Origin: an uncultured Opitutaceae bacterium
Lineage (GTDB): Bacteria; Verrucomicrobiota; Verrucomicrobiia; Opitutales; Opitutaceae
Assembly: GCA_951813085.1 (NCBI GenBank)
Contig: OX638348.1
Coordinates: forward strand, 627,627-691,626
Length of the DNA stretch: 64,000 bases
Direction of reading: 5' to 3'
The position numbers and the translations under genes were made by a program. Shown here piece by piece: positions 28,053 through 37,321 of the stretch. How positions within the stretch are numbered: the stretch's first letter is position 1; each line of letters opens with the position of its first letter. The notes below the pieces were generated by a model that saw only the letters and a program-made list of their open reading frames with translations, had not been told where the DNA came from and did not search any database.

Positions 28053-28970
28053 TTAGGCGTGTTTGGCGACGGCTTTTTCGATTAGTCGCTTTGTAGCCAG
28101 GATGCCTTCGACTGGATCCATTTCGTGACCTTCGAATTCAATACCGATCGAACCTTTGTATCCAGAATCCAACACGATTTTTATCATGCGGTAGTAATCG
28201 ACATTGACCTCGTTGCCATCGCTGTCGAATTTCTTCGACTTGGCGCAAACGATTTTAGCGGTCGGCATTAGATCCTCCACACCTTGGTAGGGGTCGTAAT
28301 CCTTGAAATTTTGAAAGTCGGGGAGGGAGCCGCAATTGCGTTTTCCTACCTTGCTCAAGACATCGGCCAGCCAGGTTCCATTGCTGGAGAATCCGCCGTG
28401 GTTCTCGACGACAATATTCATGCCGAAGGGGCGCGCTACGTCGCAAAGCTGCCTGAGGCCATCGATGGCGTATTTCTTCTGTTCTTCGTAGTCGCCGCTG
28501 GAGCGGCAGTCGACTCGAATGGTGTTGCCTCCTAGAAGCCGGACGGCTTCCAGCCAAGGGATGTAGCCTTCTACTGCTTGATAGCGTGTATTGCTGTCAG
28601 GAGAATCCAGAGCGTCATCGGACCGGCAAAGCATCATCGTGCAGGTAGCGCCAACGTCATTGCACCGTTTCTTCAGTTCGCGAAAAAAGCGCGTATCGCC
28701 GGACTTGTCCATGATGTGGCCATTGAAGTATTCCAGCGCGGTGATACCGGTTCCTTCGACCACGGTCTTAGGGTAGTCGAGGATGTCCAGGGTGCCGGCA
28801 TCGAGCTGGCGATTGAACGAGTACTGCTGGACGGCCAAGGTCAGTCCATTGGATTCCAAAGTGCCTTTGGCGCGGAGCGTTTGGGGAATCGCCATGGCGA
28901 CTGCTCCAAATGCCAGTCGTTTCAGGGTATCGCGTCGGGTGAGGCGGGTAGGGTATCGATCGTTAGACAT
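28053..28970 (-). CDS. Sugar phosphate isomerase/epimerase (xylose-isomerase-like TIM barrel), Tat-exported
   Basis: Tat signal (…RRDTLKRLAFGAVAMAIPQTLRA). TIM-barrel isomerase-like body (…NIVVENHGGFSSNG…, …GSIGIEFEGH…). Confidence 0.75.
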   Translation of the reverse strand: MSNDRYPTRLTRRDTLKRLAFGAVAMAIPQTLRAKGTLESNGLTLAVQQYSFNRQLDAGTLDILDYPKTVVEGTGITALEYFNGHIMDKSGDTRFFRELKKRCNDVGATCTMMLCRSDDALDSPDSNTRYQAVEGYIPWLEAVRLLGGNTIRVDCRSSGDYEEQKKYAIDGLRQLCDVARPFGMNIVVENHGGFSSNGTWLADVLSKVGKRNCGSLPDFQNFKDYDPYQGVEDLMPTAKIVCAKSKKFDSDGNEVNVDYYRMIKIVLDSGYKGSIGIEFEGHEMDPVEGILATKRLIEKAVAKHA

Positions 28971-29077
28971 GGATGTGAAAATAGGCGGTGAACGCAGGCG
29001 GGCAATCCATAAATACTGCGGGATCCGCGCATGAGCGTTTGCAAATGCGGTTCAATCCGCTCTTCTGCTGGTACCCT

Positions 29078-29989
29078 ATGAAGCGCTTGCCTCTCAATTT
29101 CTATCTGCAGGCGCTGCTTTGTGCAGCGTTGTGGGGTAGCGCCTTCCCGGTGCTCAAGCTGAGCTATGCCCACTTGAACCTGGAAAGCTACGGCGAAAAG
29201 CTGCTGTTTGCGGGCACGCGGTTTGTCCTGGCGGGAATATTGGTGACCTTGGTTTGCCGTCGCAGCGTGTGGCAGACTGCCTTGAACGCTCCGAAAGGAC
29301 CGCTGATCGGAGTGACTCTTGGGCAGACGTTTGGGCAATACGTTTTCTTCTACTATGGAATGATTGTATCGAGTGGCGCCTTGGGCGCCCTGCTGAATGG
29401 GATTGGGAGCTTGATGTGGGTGCTGCTGGCGCTTTTGATCCTGAAGTCGGGCTTCCCTAGCGGCAAGCAGTGGATCGCGTTTGGGTTTTGCATCCTGGGC
29501 ATTTCTCTCGCGGTATACGCTCCGGGAATCGGGAGCGGGAATGTATATTTGGGAGTAGCGGCGTTCTTCGGCGTTGGCGTGTCGGGCGCGGTAGGGGCGA
29601 TCTTCATGAAGAAAATCGCCTCGGAGCATGGAAGCCGAGCAGTGACCGCGATATCGCTCTTCGTTGGGGGAGTTCTACTGGTTTGTGTCGGCATAGGCAG
29701 CTGGCGACCGTTCTTGGCGGACTACTCCTGGGCAACCTTTGGAACGACGGTCTACCTATCCTTCTTGTCGGCGACGGCGTTCACGGTCTGGAATCGATTG
29801 ATTGAGCTTTACAGTATCAACGTGCTATCCGCATTCCGTTTTCTGATTCCGCTTTGTGGCGTTGTTGAGTCCGCTCTGTTCCTGAAGAATGAGACGGTAG
29901 GAATTGGAATTGTAGTGGGAGGAGCGATACTGATAGTCTCCCTTTTCGCCATGGGTCGGCTGGAGAATAAGCAATTGGAAAAAGGTTAA
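29078..29989 (+). CDS. DMT-superfamily (EamA-like) transporter
   Basis: Start taken at the M of MKRLPLNFYLQALLCAALWGSAFPVLKL (29078). Ten predicted TM helices in duplicated EamA-like halves. Confidence 0.7.
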   Translation: MKRLPLNFYLQALLCAALWGSAFPVLKLSYAHLNLESYGEKLLFAGTRFVLAGILVTLVCRRSVWQTALNAPKGPLIGVTLGQTFGQYVFFYYGMIVSSGALGALLNGIGSLMWVLLALLILKSGFPSGKQWIAFGFCILGISLAVYAPGIGSGNVYLGVAAFFGVGVSGAVGAIFMKKIASEHGSRAVTAISLFVGGVLLVCVGIGSWRPFLADYSWATFGTTVYLSFLSATAFTVWNRLIELYSINVLSAFRFLIPLCGVVESALFLKNETVGIGIVVGGAILIVSLFAMGRLENKQLEKG

Positions 29990-30008
29990 AGAAGGCATCC
30001 GAAATTCG

Positions 30009-30392
30009 ATGAAAATACTTTACTGCTCAGAATCTTCCGCGAAGCCCGTGGAAAACCTCGGGCCCTATCAAATCGAGTCGCTGATTGAACCGAATGAAGA
30101 GGGGCAATATACCGCTTATCGAGTTCGCATCGAACCGGGACAAACGACCAGCGAGAGCTATCACAAGATTGCCGAGGAATGCTATTACGTGACTGCAGGG
30201 AAGGGGATCGCCTTGCTGAACGGGGAAGAGTATGCGTTGGCCCCGGGAGATTTTCTGCGTCTGCCCCCAGGGACGCGGCACCAATTTTCAACAGCAGAAT
30301 CTCCCTTGGAAATGCTGGATATTCATTCCCCAGGCTCGCGGCCCGATCGAGACGTATATTTCACCGGTGAAACACCGAAGGGGTTTGGCTAG
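30009..30392 (+). CDS. Cupin-domain protein
   Basis: 127 aa with a cupin-like core (…YHKIAEECYYVTAGKGIALLNGEEYALAPGDFLRLPPGTRHQF…). Confidence 0.65.
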   Translation: MKILYCSESSAKPVENLGPYQIESLIEPNEEGQYTAYRVRIEPGQTTSESYHKIAEECYYVTAGKGIALLNGEEYALAPGDFLRLPPGTRHQFSTAESPLEMLDIHSPGSRPDRDVYFTGETPKGFG

Positions 30393-30977
30393 GGCGCTCC
30401 CTCGGATACCATCGTTCGATTCAGCGAGAGCGGCTCCGTAGATGGCGGCTTGGCGTGAATCGGATGCTTCCATTTCGGACCGCTTTTTCTCGGCTAATTC
30501 AGCTCGAGCTTCGGCCTCCATCTGGCTTGCTTTGGCGGCGACTTGCAAATCCTTTGGGGAAGGGTCCGCAGGCGCGAGGGCAGCGGCACGAATGCGTTGC
30601 GCTTTCTGAATGGTTTCTTCTGGGGTTCGCCCTTTAGAGGTGTCGATCTGAACGCTTCCTCCCACTGCGTATTGGCGACCATCGGGTCCGGTCTGGTAGA
30701 CGAGGCTCATGCCTCCTCGAGCCAGGGAACCAGCAGCTGCAAGGTGCGCCATCTCGTGGGCGCGTACTTCCGCGTCGCGCTCCTTCAAGCGTTGCGCTTG
30801 ATCCTGCTCTGCCGGATCGAGACCAGATTGCTCCTCCTGCTTGATCTTTCCTTCGAGCGCGGAGATTCGCGCTTCCAGACGCGCCTTCTCCGCCTCTCTC
30901 CCAAGAGAGAGCTTAGATGGGTCGTGGTATGAGTGGGTACCCGGTAGGGAATAGGACGCCGTTGCGGTGTCGATCAT
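30288..30977 (-). CDS. HExxH-motif protein, SprA-related-like putative metalloprotease
   Basis: AHEMAHL HExxH motif in the context …VRAHEMAHLAAAGSLARGGMSLVYQTGPDGRQYAVGGSVQIDTS…, which resembles the SprA-related family from memory. Its 3' end overlaps the convergent cupin gene by 105 bp. Confidence 0.5.
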   Translation of the reverse strand: MIDTATASYSLPGTHSYHDPSKLSLGREAEKARLEARISALEGKIKQEEQSGLDPAEQDQAQRLKERDAEVRAHEMAHLAAAGSLARGGMSLVYQTGPDGRQYAVGGSVQIDTSKGRTPEETIQKAQRIRAAALAPADPSPKDLQVAAKASQMEAEARAELAEKKRSEMEASDSRQAAIYGAALAESNDGIRGSALAKPLRCFTGEIYVSIGPRAWGMNIQHFQGRFCC

Positions 30978-31268
30978 GGGTGTCGTAGGTGGTCCCTATG
31001 TTATCGACGAGAACGAGAACAAATTTACCTGGCCGACCGCTGATTTTTCGACCGAAATTTTATTAACAGGATACGGCCCGCTCAACGGGACTACATGATG
31101 GCTTCGCCAACATGATGAGTGTTCAAGGGGCTCTAACATGCAGGCCTTGCCGTCATGCAAGCGATTCCGCGAATCGTTAGAGCGCCGCAGCCTGCTATAC
31201 AATTTCTTGCTTCTACCAGGGCGCCTTGTCGATGCCGAGGAACTTCATGTCAGAAGGCGCTCGGATTT

Positions 31269-32732
31269 CTATGACGTTTTTTCCTCGGCGGGTTCCGATG
31301 GCGTATCGGAAGGTGGCTCGGGTTCGGGCTGGGCTTCTTCTACTTTTTTCTCCGCGATTTCGCCCAGATACTTCGGCAGTTCGATCCCCGCCATTCCGGC
31401 GACTTCGTGCAACGGTGGAAGGCTCTTGATCAAGCCGGAGAGAAAGTCCGCTGTATTTGTTTTTCCATTAGAGCCTTCCGCTCCGGAATCCCAGACGGTA
31501 ACCTTATCAATCTTAATATTGCGGATGGCTTCTACTTGGACGTCGACGATCTGTTCGATTTTCTCGGTCATCAGGAGGGTCGCGGCGGACTTCGCGTCGC
31601 CATTGCATCCTTCTACGAGCGCGAGGTAGCCCGCGGCCTTGCTTTGCAGGACTTGTCGAACCCCTTCCGCTTCCGCTTGATACTTTAGCAAGATAGCATC
31701 TGCCTCGCCCTTGGCCTCTCTGCGCAGTTTTTCCGCTTCGGCTTCCGCCGCAATTTCGACCTTTCGTTTGTCGACTTCCTGACGGGCGATCTCTTCTGCG
31801 TTGAGGCGTTCCGACTCGGCTTTGTATTGAGCTTTCTGGATCTCGACTTCGGCCTCTCGTTTCGCAACTTCGCCACGTTGCAGGGCGGCGGCTTCTTTTA
31901 CCGCGAGCGTTGCGTTCGCATCGGCGATGTCCGCGTCCGCGGTATTTTCCCCTTCAACCGCTTTCGCTTCTTGCCCTTGCACGTAGATACGCTGATCCGC
32001 TTCCGCTTGTTTCTTCCCTTTTTCCGCTTCCGCCACGTTTTGGGCGACCTTGATTTCCTGCTCTCGCGTTGCGTGAGATTCTCCGATCGACCCTAGCTTT
32101 TCCTGCTCAGCGACATCGATCTTCGCTTGGTTGATCGCTTCTGCCGCCGCCTTCTTCCCAATCGAATCGATATACCCCGATTCATCGGTAATGTCGGTGA
32201 TGTTTACATTGATTAAATAGAGACCGATTTTGTTTAATTCTATGGATACATTCGTCCTTATGGATTCGAGAAAGCTCTCTCGGTCCTGGTTGATTTGCTC
32301 AATCGTAAGAGACGCCACTGTGAGACGGAGTTGACCGAATAGGATCTCTTTCGCCATTTCCTCGATTTCACTTTGATTGAGGTGCAAGAGGCGTTCCGCG
32401 GCCGCGGTCATGGTGTCCGGAATGGTACTGATTCCGATTGTAAAGGTACAGGGTACATTGATACGGATGTTCTGCATCGAGAGGGCTCCTTGCAGAGGAA
32501 TACCTATCGTCATAGGAGTCAGGCTCACGTAAGCGTAGTCCTGAATCAGAGGCCAAATGACGCTGCCGCCTCCATGGATACAGCGAGCAGATTGTCCACT
32601 TCCTACTTTCCCGTAAACGACTAGTATTTTGTCCGAGGGGCACCGCTTGTAGCGTGACGCGAGGAATATGATGGTAACCACCACCAGCAAGAGGAGGGCG
32701 GCGATTGGAACGATCCAGAAATTAAATGGCAT
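31269..32732 (-). CDS. Flotillin / SPFH (band-7) family protein
   Basis: N-terminal TM helix, SPFH domain, then a long A/E/K-rich coiled-coil (…AEADQRIYVQGQEAKAVEGE…EIAAEAEAEKLRREAKGEADAILLKYQAEAEG…). Confidence 0.8.
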   Translation of the reverse strand: MPFNFWIVPIAALLLLVVVTIIFLASRYKRCPSDKILVVYGKVGSGQSARCIHGGGSVIWPLIQDYAYVSLTPMTIGIPLQGALSMQNIRINVPCTFTIGISTIPDTMTAAAERLLHLNQSEIEEMAKEILFGQLRLTVASLTIEQINQDRESFLESIRTNVSIELNKIGLYLINVNITDITDESGYIDSIGKKAAAEAINQAKIDVAEQEKLGSIGESHATREQEIKVAQNVAEAEKGKKQAEADQRIYVQGQEAKAVEGENTADADIADANATLAVKEAAALQRGEVAKREAEVEIQKAQYKAESERLNAEEIARQEVDKRKVEIAAEAEAEKLRREAKGEADAILLKYQAEAEGVRQVLQSKAAGYLALVEGCNGDAKSAATLLMTEKIEQIVDVQVEAIRNIKIDKVTVWDSGAEGSNGKTNTADFLSGLIKSLPPLHEVAGMAGIELPKYLGEIAEKKVEEAQPEPEPPSDTPSEPAEEKTS

Positions 32733-32755
32733 AGTGGAGTTGGGTTGATTGGGGG

Positions 32756-33328
32756 TTATAGGAGTTTTTCGACGATCAGCACATTTGCGTGCACCTCTAA
32801 TATCTTTACGGGAGTACCGCTTTCAAGCTCCTCGCCGTCATTGGTTCGCGCATCGCATTCCCGTGACATACTGGGTACGGAAACTCGACCTGATCCCCCT
32901 TTAGGGATCCGTTGATAGACGGTTCCGGCGCGACCGACGGCGGCGGACGTATCTTTGGTTCCGCTCGATTCCAGACCACTGGCGAGCTTGAACAGTTTTC
33001 CAATGATCCATACGGAAATCGCACCTGCCACGAGACCTCCCAATATGGAAGGAGTGAACCCCGACGCGCTTTGTCGGTAGAGAGCGAGCCCGACCAGGCC
33101 GAACATCATGAAAAAGGCACTGAGTGCATGGAGAGACAGTACTTTAAACCCGACATCGGTGTTTGTGTGGGTTGCGTCGACATCGATGTCGACATCTCCG
33201 TCAAAGGCGTCTGCTTCCCCTCCAAAAAACTGAAGTATCATTCTGAGTAGAACAAAAAAGCCTCCGACACTTGCGCAGATTGCATAGAATATTTCGACTC
33301 CGTTGAAATCGGAGAAGGCTTCGGTCAT
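32756..33328 (-). CDS. NfeD-like membrane protein (flotillin partner)
   Basis: Hydrophobic N-terminal half plus a C-terminal OB-like soluble part. Located immediately upstream of the flotillin gene, the classic yqiJ-yqiK-type pairing. Confidence 0.65.
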   Translation of the reverse strand: MTEAFSDFNGVEIFYAICASVGGFFVLLRMILQFFGGEADAFDGDVDIDVDATHTNTDVGFKVLSLHALSAFFMMFGLVGLALYRQSASGFTPSILGGLVAGAISVWIIGKLFKLASGLESSGTKDTSAAVGRAGTVYQRIPKGGSGRVSVPSMSRECDARTNDGEELESGTPVKILEVHANVLIVEKLL

Positions 33329-33406
33329 GGAAAACTATGGGTTGGAGATTAAGAGTGGGAGGTCCATTTGGGGATGCCCTTAGTTGAATTATTCAGGATC
33401 GTGAAG

Positions 33407-34060
33407 CTACCAAGGGTGTTTGTCGATACCAAGATATTTCATAATTTCTGGTGGGGGACCGTCGAAGCTGGCGAGAGCGACGTTCCCGACGTATCCGACT
33501 TCGCGCGTACCATGATCAGTCGTGTAGTAGCCGCCCAGGGTCAGATCTCGAAACTTAGCGAAGAAGCGGGCGCCTTCCTCGAATTCGGGCTTCGCATCTG
33601 GCAGATAGGCGATGTCGTCGCATATCGCCTTTTTCTGCTGCTCGCTTAGTTGGTCGAAGCTCTGGCTGAATCGCTTGTTCGACTCGCCCTCCAACCAACC
33701 CAATCCAGGTAGGATTGTATCGCGGTCTGCGAGCGAGTCGGGATAGGGCGCGCTGATCCACTCGTCGATAAAATCGGGCACTTTCAGTTCGTTGGCGCTG
33801 GGGGATTGGCCAACACGCGGCAAGATCGTGTCGCATAGAGCGGTAACGGTCTTAAGCTGCTCATCTGTGAGCATGAGGTCCCAAGGGACATCGGTCCCCA
33901 TTAGATTCGGGTCGAATCCGATGCCCCCTTCCGTAGCGGTGGCGGGACCAGATTGGCCAAGCGAGCGTGTATTCAGAAAAGGGATCGTCGCGGAAGCGGT
34001 CAGGATCCATTTGATGGCGGAACGCCGATCTAGGCGTGAAGCGGGTTTATGGTCTTCCAT
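33407..34060 (-). CDS. Gluconate 2-dehydrogenase subunit 3-family protein (small Tat-signal subunit of a GMC flavoprotein dehydrogenase)
   Basis: Tat signal (…RLDRRSAIKWILTASATIPFLNTRS). Located immediately downstream of the GMC oxidoreductase, with a 1-bp gap. Confidence 0.7.
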   Translation of the reverse strand: MEDHKPASRLDRRSAIKWILTASATIPFLNTRSLGQSGPATATEGGIGFDPNLMGTDVPWDLMLTDEQLKTVTALCDTILPRVGQSPSANELKVPDFIDEWISAPYPDSLADRDTILPGLGWLEGESNKRFSQSFDQLSEQQKKAICDDIAYLPDAKPEFEEGARFFAKFRDLTLGGYYTTDHGTREVGYVGNVALASFDGPPPEIMKYLGIDKHPW

Positions 34061-34061
34061 G

Positions 34062-35918
34062 CTAAATGTTTCCTTTCTTCATTTCATCCATCATGTACTC
34101 GGCTGATCTCCAAGCGAGCGCCATGATCGTGAGGGTGGGGTTCTTGTCGGCATTGGAGCAGAAGGGGCCGCCATCGGTGATGAAGAGATTTTTCACGTCC
34201 CATGTTTGGCTGTATCCATTCGTTACGGACGTCTTGCGGTCGTCACCCATGATCGTGCCGCCGACTTCGTGGATAATGATGCCACCTTGGGCGATTGCTT
34301 TCTTGCCGGTCGGATCCACTTCGTCCAGCACAGTGCCGCCCATCTCGGTGATGAGCTCAGCGAAGGTCTTATGCATGTGGGCGGCCTGGCGAATTTCGTA
34401 GTCGGCCCATTTCCAATGGAATTTTGCGACTGGGATGCCCCACTTGTCCTTAACGGTATCGTCGATTTCCAGATAGCAGTTGTCGTTGGGCACCATCTCG
34501 CCGCGGCCCGCGTAGTTCATGAAGCTGCCATAGTAGCGGCGGGCATCTTCCTTAAGCTGGGCTCCGTAGCTGCCGCCTGTAAATCGTTCAAGTCCATTGA
34601 ACATACTCACGCTTGGAACGCGTCGGCTGCCGCCCATCTCGATGTGGTACCCTCGAGGAAAATCAAGCTTGCCCGCAAGCTGTTCCTTGTAGAGCCACCA
34701 GGGGACGTAGGCGTGTCCGCCTCCCGCTCCATCCTCATTGTGCGGTGGCATGCTTTCCCAGGCCGGGATTTGTCCGCTGATCCCGGCGCCGACGGTATCC
34801 ATAATATACTTGCCGACTTTTCCGGATGAATTGGCGATCCCGTCGGGGAAGAGGGAGCTCTTGGAATTGAGCATGATGCGAGCGGATTCGCAGGAACTGG
34901 CAGCTAGGGCCACGATCTTCCCTTTCACCGAGTAGTCGAGCCCGGTGGTCTTGTCGATGAAGTTGACTCCAGTAGCCTTGCCGCTGGAGTCGATCTCGAC
35001 CTCGCGAGCCATGGCGTTGGTGATGATATCCAAATTGCCTGTAGCCAGCGCTGGCGGGATGTGTACGGTAGTGGACTGGTAGTTGGCCTTGATGGAGCAG
35101 CCGCGTCCGCATGGGGTTGCCCAAAAGCAAGCGAGTCGCTGGTCCATTTGCTCGGCGAGTACCTTAGCGGCTTTGGGATTGTTGGGATGGAGCCACTTGG
35201 GAATTTTCTGCGAGTTGAGGCGTTCGGTTAAGACAGCTCGGTGAATGGGTATTACCGGTATGCCGAGGCGAGCAGCATACTTCTTGGTGTACATCTCGCT
35301 TGCCCGAGCCTTGGGCGCTGGTTGTAATACGCCCGGCGGCGAATTCGGCGTGTTCTCCATGCCTTCATTGCTCCCGTAGACGCCGATCAAGGACTCGACT
35401 TTGTCGTAATACGGGGCGACATCATCGTACGAGATGGGCCAATCGATGCCTACGCCGTCTCGGCTGCGTCCCTTGAAGTCGTATTCGCCATTCCTGAGGG
35501 AAATGCGGCCCCAGTGATTGGTGCGTCCACCCAGCATACGGGCGCGCCACCACCAGAATTGCTCCTCAGACTTTTCGGAAGCATTGGTGTAGGGCTCGTC
35601 GGGCACTTTCCAGCCACCATCGACCGTTGCATCGTAGAATCCGAAAGGCTTTTCCGGCGTGCCGGCGGCGCGGAGAGGAGCCTGCTGCCGCGTGTTGAAC
35701 ATAGGGGTTTCCGTGACCGGGTCGTAGTCACGTCCTGCTTCGAGCATGAGGACCTTGGCTCCGTCCATGGCGAGCGTATAGGCGGTCTGTCCGCCTGCTG
35801 CTCCAGAACCGACGACGATCACGTCGTATTCCGGCTTGGTTTTTCCAGCGTTGATATGGGGCATAGTTGAAAGGCGCGATGTATTCGAAATCGAACGGTC
35901 TGGCGATCGATTCTGCAA
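34062..35918 (-). CDS. GMC-family FAD-dependent oxidoreductase
   Basis: FAD-binding motif DVIVVGSGAAGGQTAYTLAMDGAKVLMLEAG. 618 aa, GMC N- and C-domains. Confidence 0.85.
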   Translation of the reverse strand: MQNRSPDRSISNTSRLSTMPHINAGKTKPEYDVIVVGSGAAGGQTAYTLAMDGAKVLMLEAGRDYDPVTETPMFNTRQQAPLRAAGTPEKPFGFYDATVDGGWKVPDEPYTNASEKSEEQFWWWRARMLGGRTNHWGRISLRNGEYDFKGRSRDGVGIDWPISYDDVAPYYDKVESLIGVYGSNEGMENTPNSPPGVLQPAPKARASEMYTKKYAARLGIPVIPIHRAVLTERLNSQKIPKWLHPNNPKAAKVLAEQMDQRLACFWATPCGRGCSIKANYQSTTVHIPPALATGNLDIITNAMAREVEIDSSGKATGVNFIDKTTGLDYSVKGKIVALAASSCESARIMLNSKSSLFPDGIANSSGKVGKYIMDTVGAGISGQIPAWESMPPHNEDGAGGGHAYVPWWLYKEQLAGKLDFPRGYHIEMGGSRRVPSVSMFNGLERFTGGSYGAQLKEDARRYYGSFMNYAGRGEMVPNDNCYLEIDDTVKDKWGIPVAKFHWKWADYEIRQAAHMHKTFAELITEMGGTVLDEVDPTGKKAIAQGGIIIHEVGGTIMGDDRKTSVTNGYSQTWDVKNLFITDGGPFCSNADKNPTLTIMALAWRSAEYMMDEMKKGNI

Positions 35919-36044
35919 TAATCATTCTACTTTCATGCAATTCTGGCAAGTAGTGATTCCATGCAAAGGCGCTCATTGTTCACTCGTTTTGATCCTGAGC
36001 GCCTATTTGAAGCGCCGGCAGGCTGAGGCGATCGACTCTTTGCA

Positions 36045-37166
36045 TTGCAGCAAGCAACGAAGTACTGCCTAATCAGAATCATGATCGCTCTTTTTGGCTT
36101 TCTCGCTCTCGCCCTTGGGGTGTCCTTTCTCTGCTCGATACTGGAAGCGGCGCTATTGTCTATGCCTCCTTCGTTTGTGCGGCAAGCGGAACAAAGCGGG
36201 CGCCGATTTGGACTTCGGCTAGGACTGCTAAAGAAAAATATCGATCAGTCGCTCGCCGCCATTCTCACCTTGAATACGGTCGCTCATACTGTCGGGGCGG
36301 CCGGCGTCGGCTCGCAAGCGGTGGCGGTTTTTGGAGAGGCGTATTTCGGTGTAATTTCCGCAATTCTCACACTGCTCATCCTGATACTCTCCGAGATCAT
36401 TCCCAAGACATTGGGGGCGCAGTACTGGCGCAAGCTCGCGCCATTCACCACCTACACCTGCCATTGGATCGTCATTGGCACGTACCCATTGGTTTTCGTT
36501 TCGAAACGCATCACCGCTCTTTTCCAATCGAAAGACGATTCCGCTACGAGCGTGAGCCGGGACGAGTTCATTGCATTGGCGCACCTAGGCACGAGCGAAG
36601 GTGTGCTCGCGGAGAATGAATCTCGAATGATCCGTAACCTGATTCGATTCCGGGACCTTCGAGTGGAGAATGTCATGACTCCCCGAACGGTCTTGGGCAG
36701 CCTTCCCGAATCGCTTGCTTGCAGCGAAGCGATCGAGCGTCCGGAAGCGACTCGATTCACTCGAATTCCTTTGTATTCGAAAACCAAGGACGAAATTACG
36801 GGCTACGCTCTTAAGACCGATCTGTTGCAAATGATTGTCGATGGTCGACCTGAAGAGTCCCTCAGCGGTATTCGGCGTTCAATCCGGAATGTCCAGGAAC
36901 ACGACACCCTCTCCAAGCTATTCGACGAGCTTTTAACCCACAATGAGCATATCGCAATTGTTGTGGATGAATTTGGCGGGACAAGTGGATTGGTAACATT
37001 GGAAGATGTGATTGAAACGCTTATCGGACTGGAAATCGTCGACGAGTCCGACTCGGAAGTCGACATGCGCGAGCTCGCCCGGCAGCGCTGGGTGCAACGC
37101 GCTCGAGAAATAGGGCTGCTTTCCGAAGAAGACAACGAGACATCGCCGAAAGGCGACTCCCATTGA
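36045..37166 (+). CDS. CNNM/hemolysin-family protein (DUF21 + CBS pair + CorC_HlyC)
   Basis: N-terminal 4-TM DUF21, CBS-pair region, C-terminal transporter-associated domain (…VVDEFGGTSGLVTLEDVIETLIG…). Confidence 0.8.
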   Translation: MQQATKYCLIRIMIALFGFLALALGVSFLCSILEAALLSMPPSFVRQAEQSGRRFGLRLGLLKKNIDQSLAAILTLNTVAHTVGAAGVGSQAVAVFGEAYFGVISAILTLLILILSEIIPKTLGAQYWRKLAPFTTYTCHWIVIGTYPLVFVSKRITALFQSKDDSATSVSRDEFIALAHLGTSEGVLAENESRMIRNLIRFRDLRVENVMTPRTVLGSLPESLACSEAIERPEATRFTRIPLYSKTKDEITGYALKTDLLQMIVDGRPEESLSGIRRSIRNVQEHDTLSKLFDELLTHNEHIAIVVDEFGGTSGLVTLEDVIETLIGLEIVDESDSEVDMRELARQRWVQRAREIGLLSEEDNETSPKGDSH

Positions 37167-37321
37167 GGACACCGTAATGCTCTAATTTCGTGTTGTCCAC
37201 AGAACGCGTGAAATTTCCACCGATAACTTCCATTCTACATTTTAGTGGAGAACCTTCGAGAGACATCAGTTCCAGGATCAGTATTTCATTTGTTGATTTT
37301 TAGCGGGCTAATGATTTCCTG

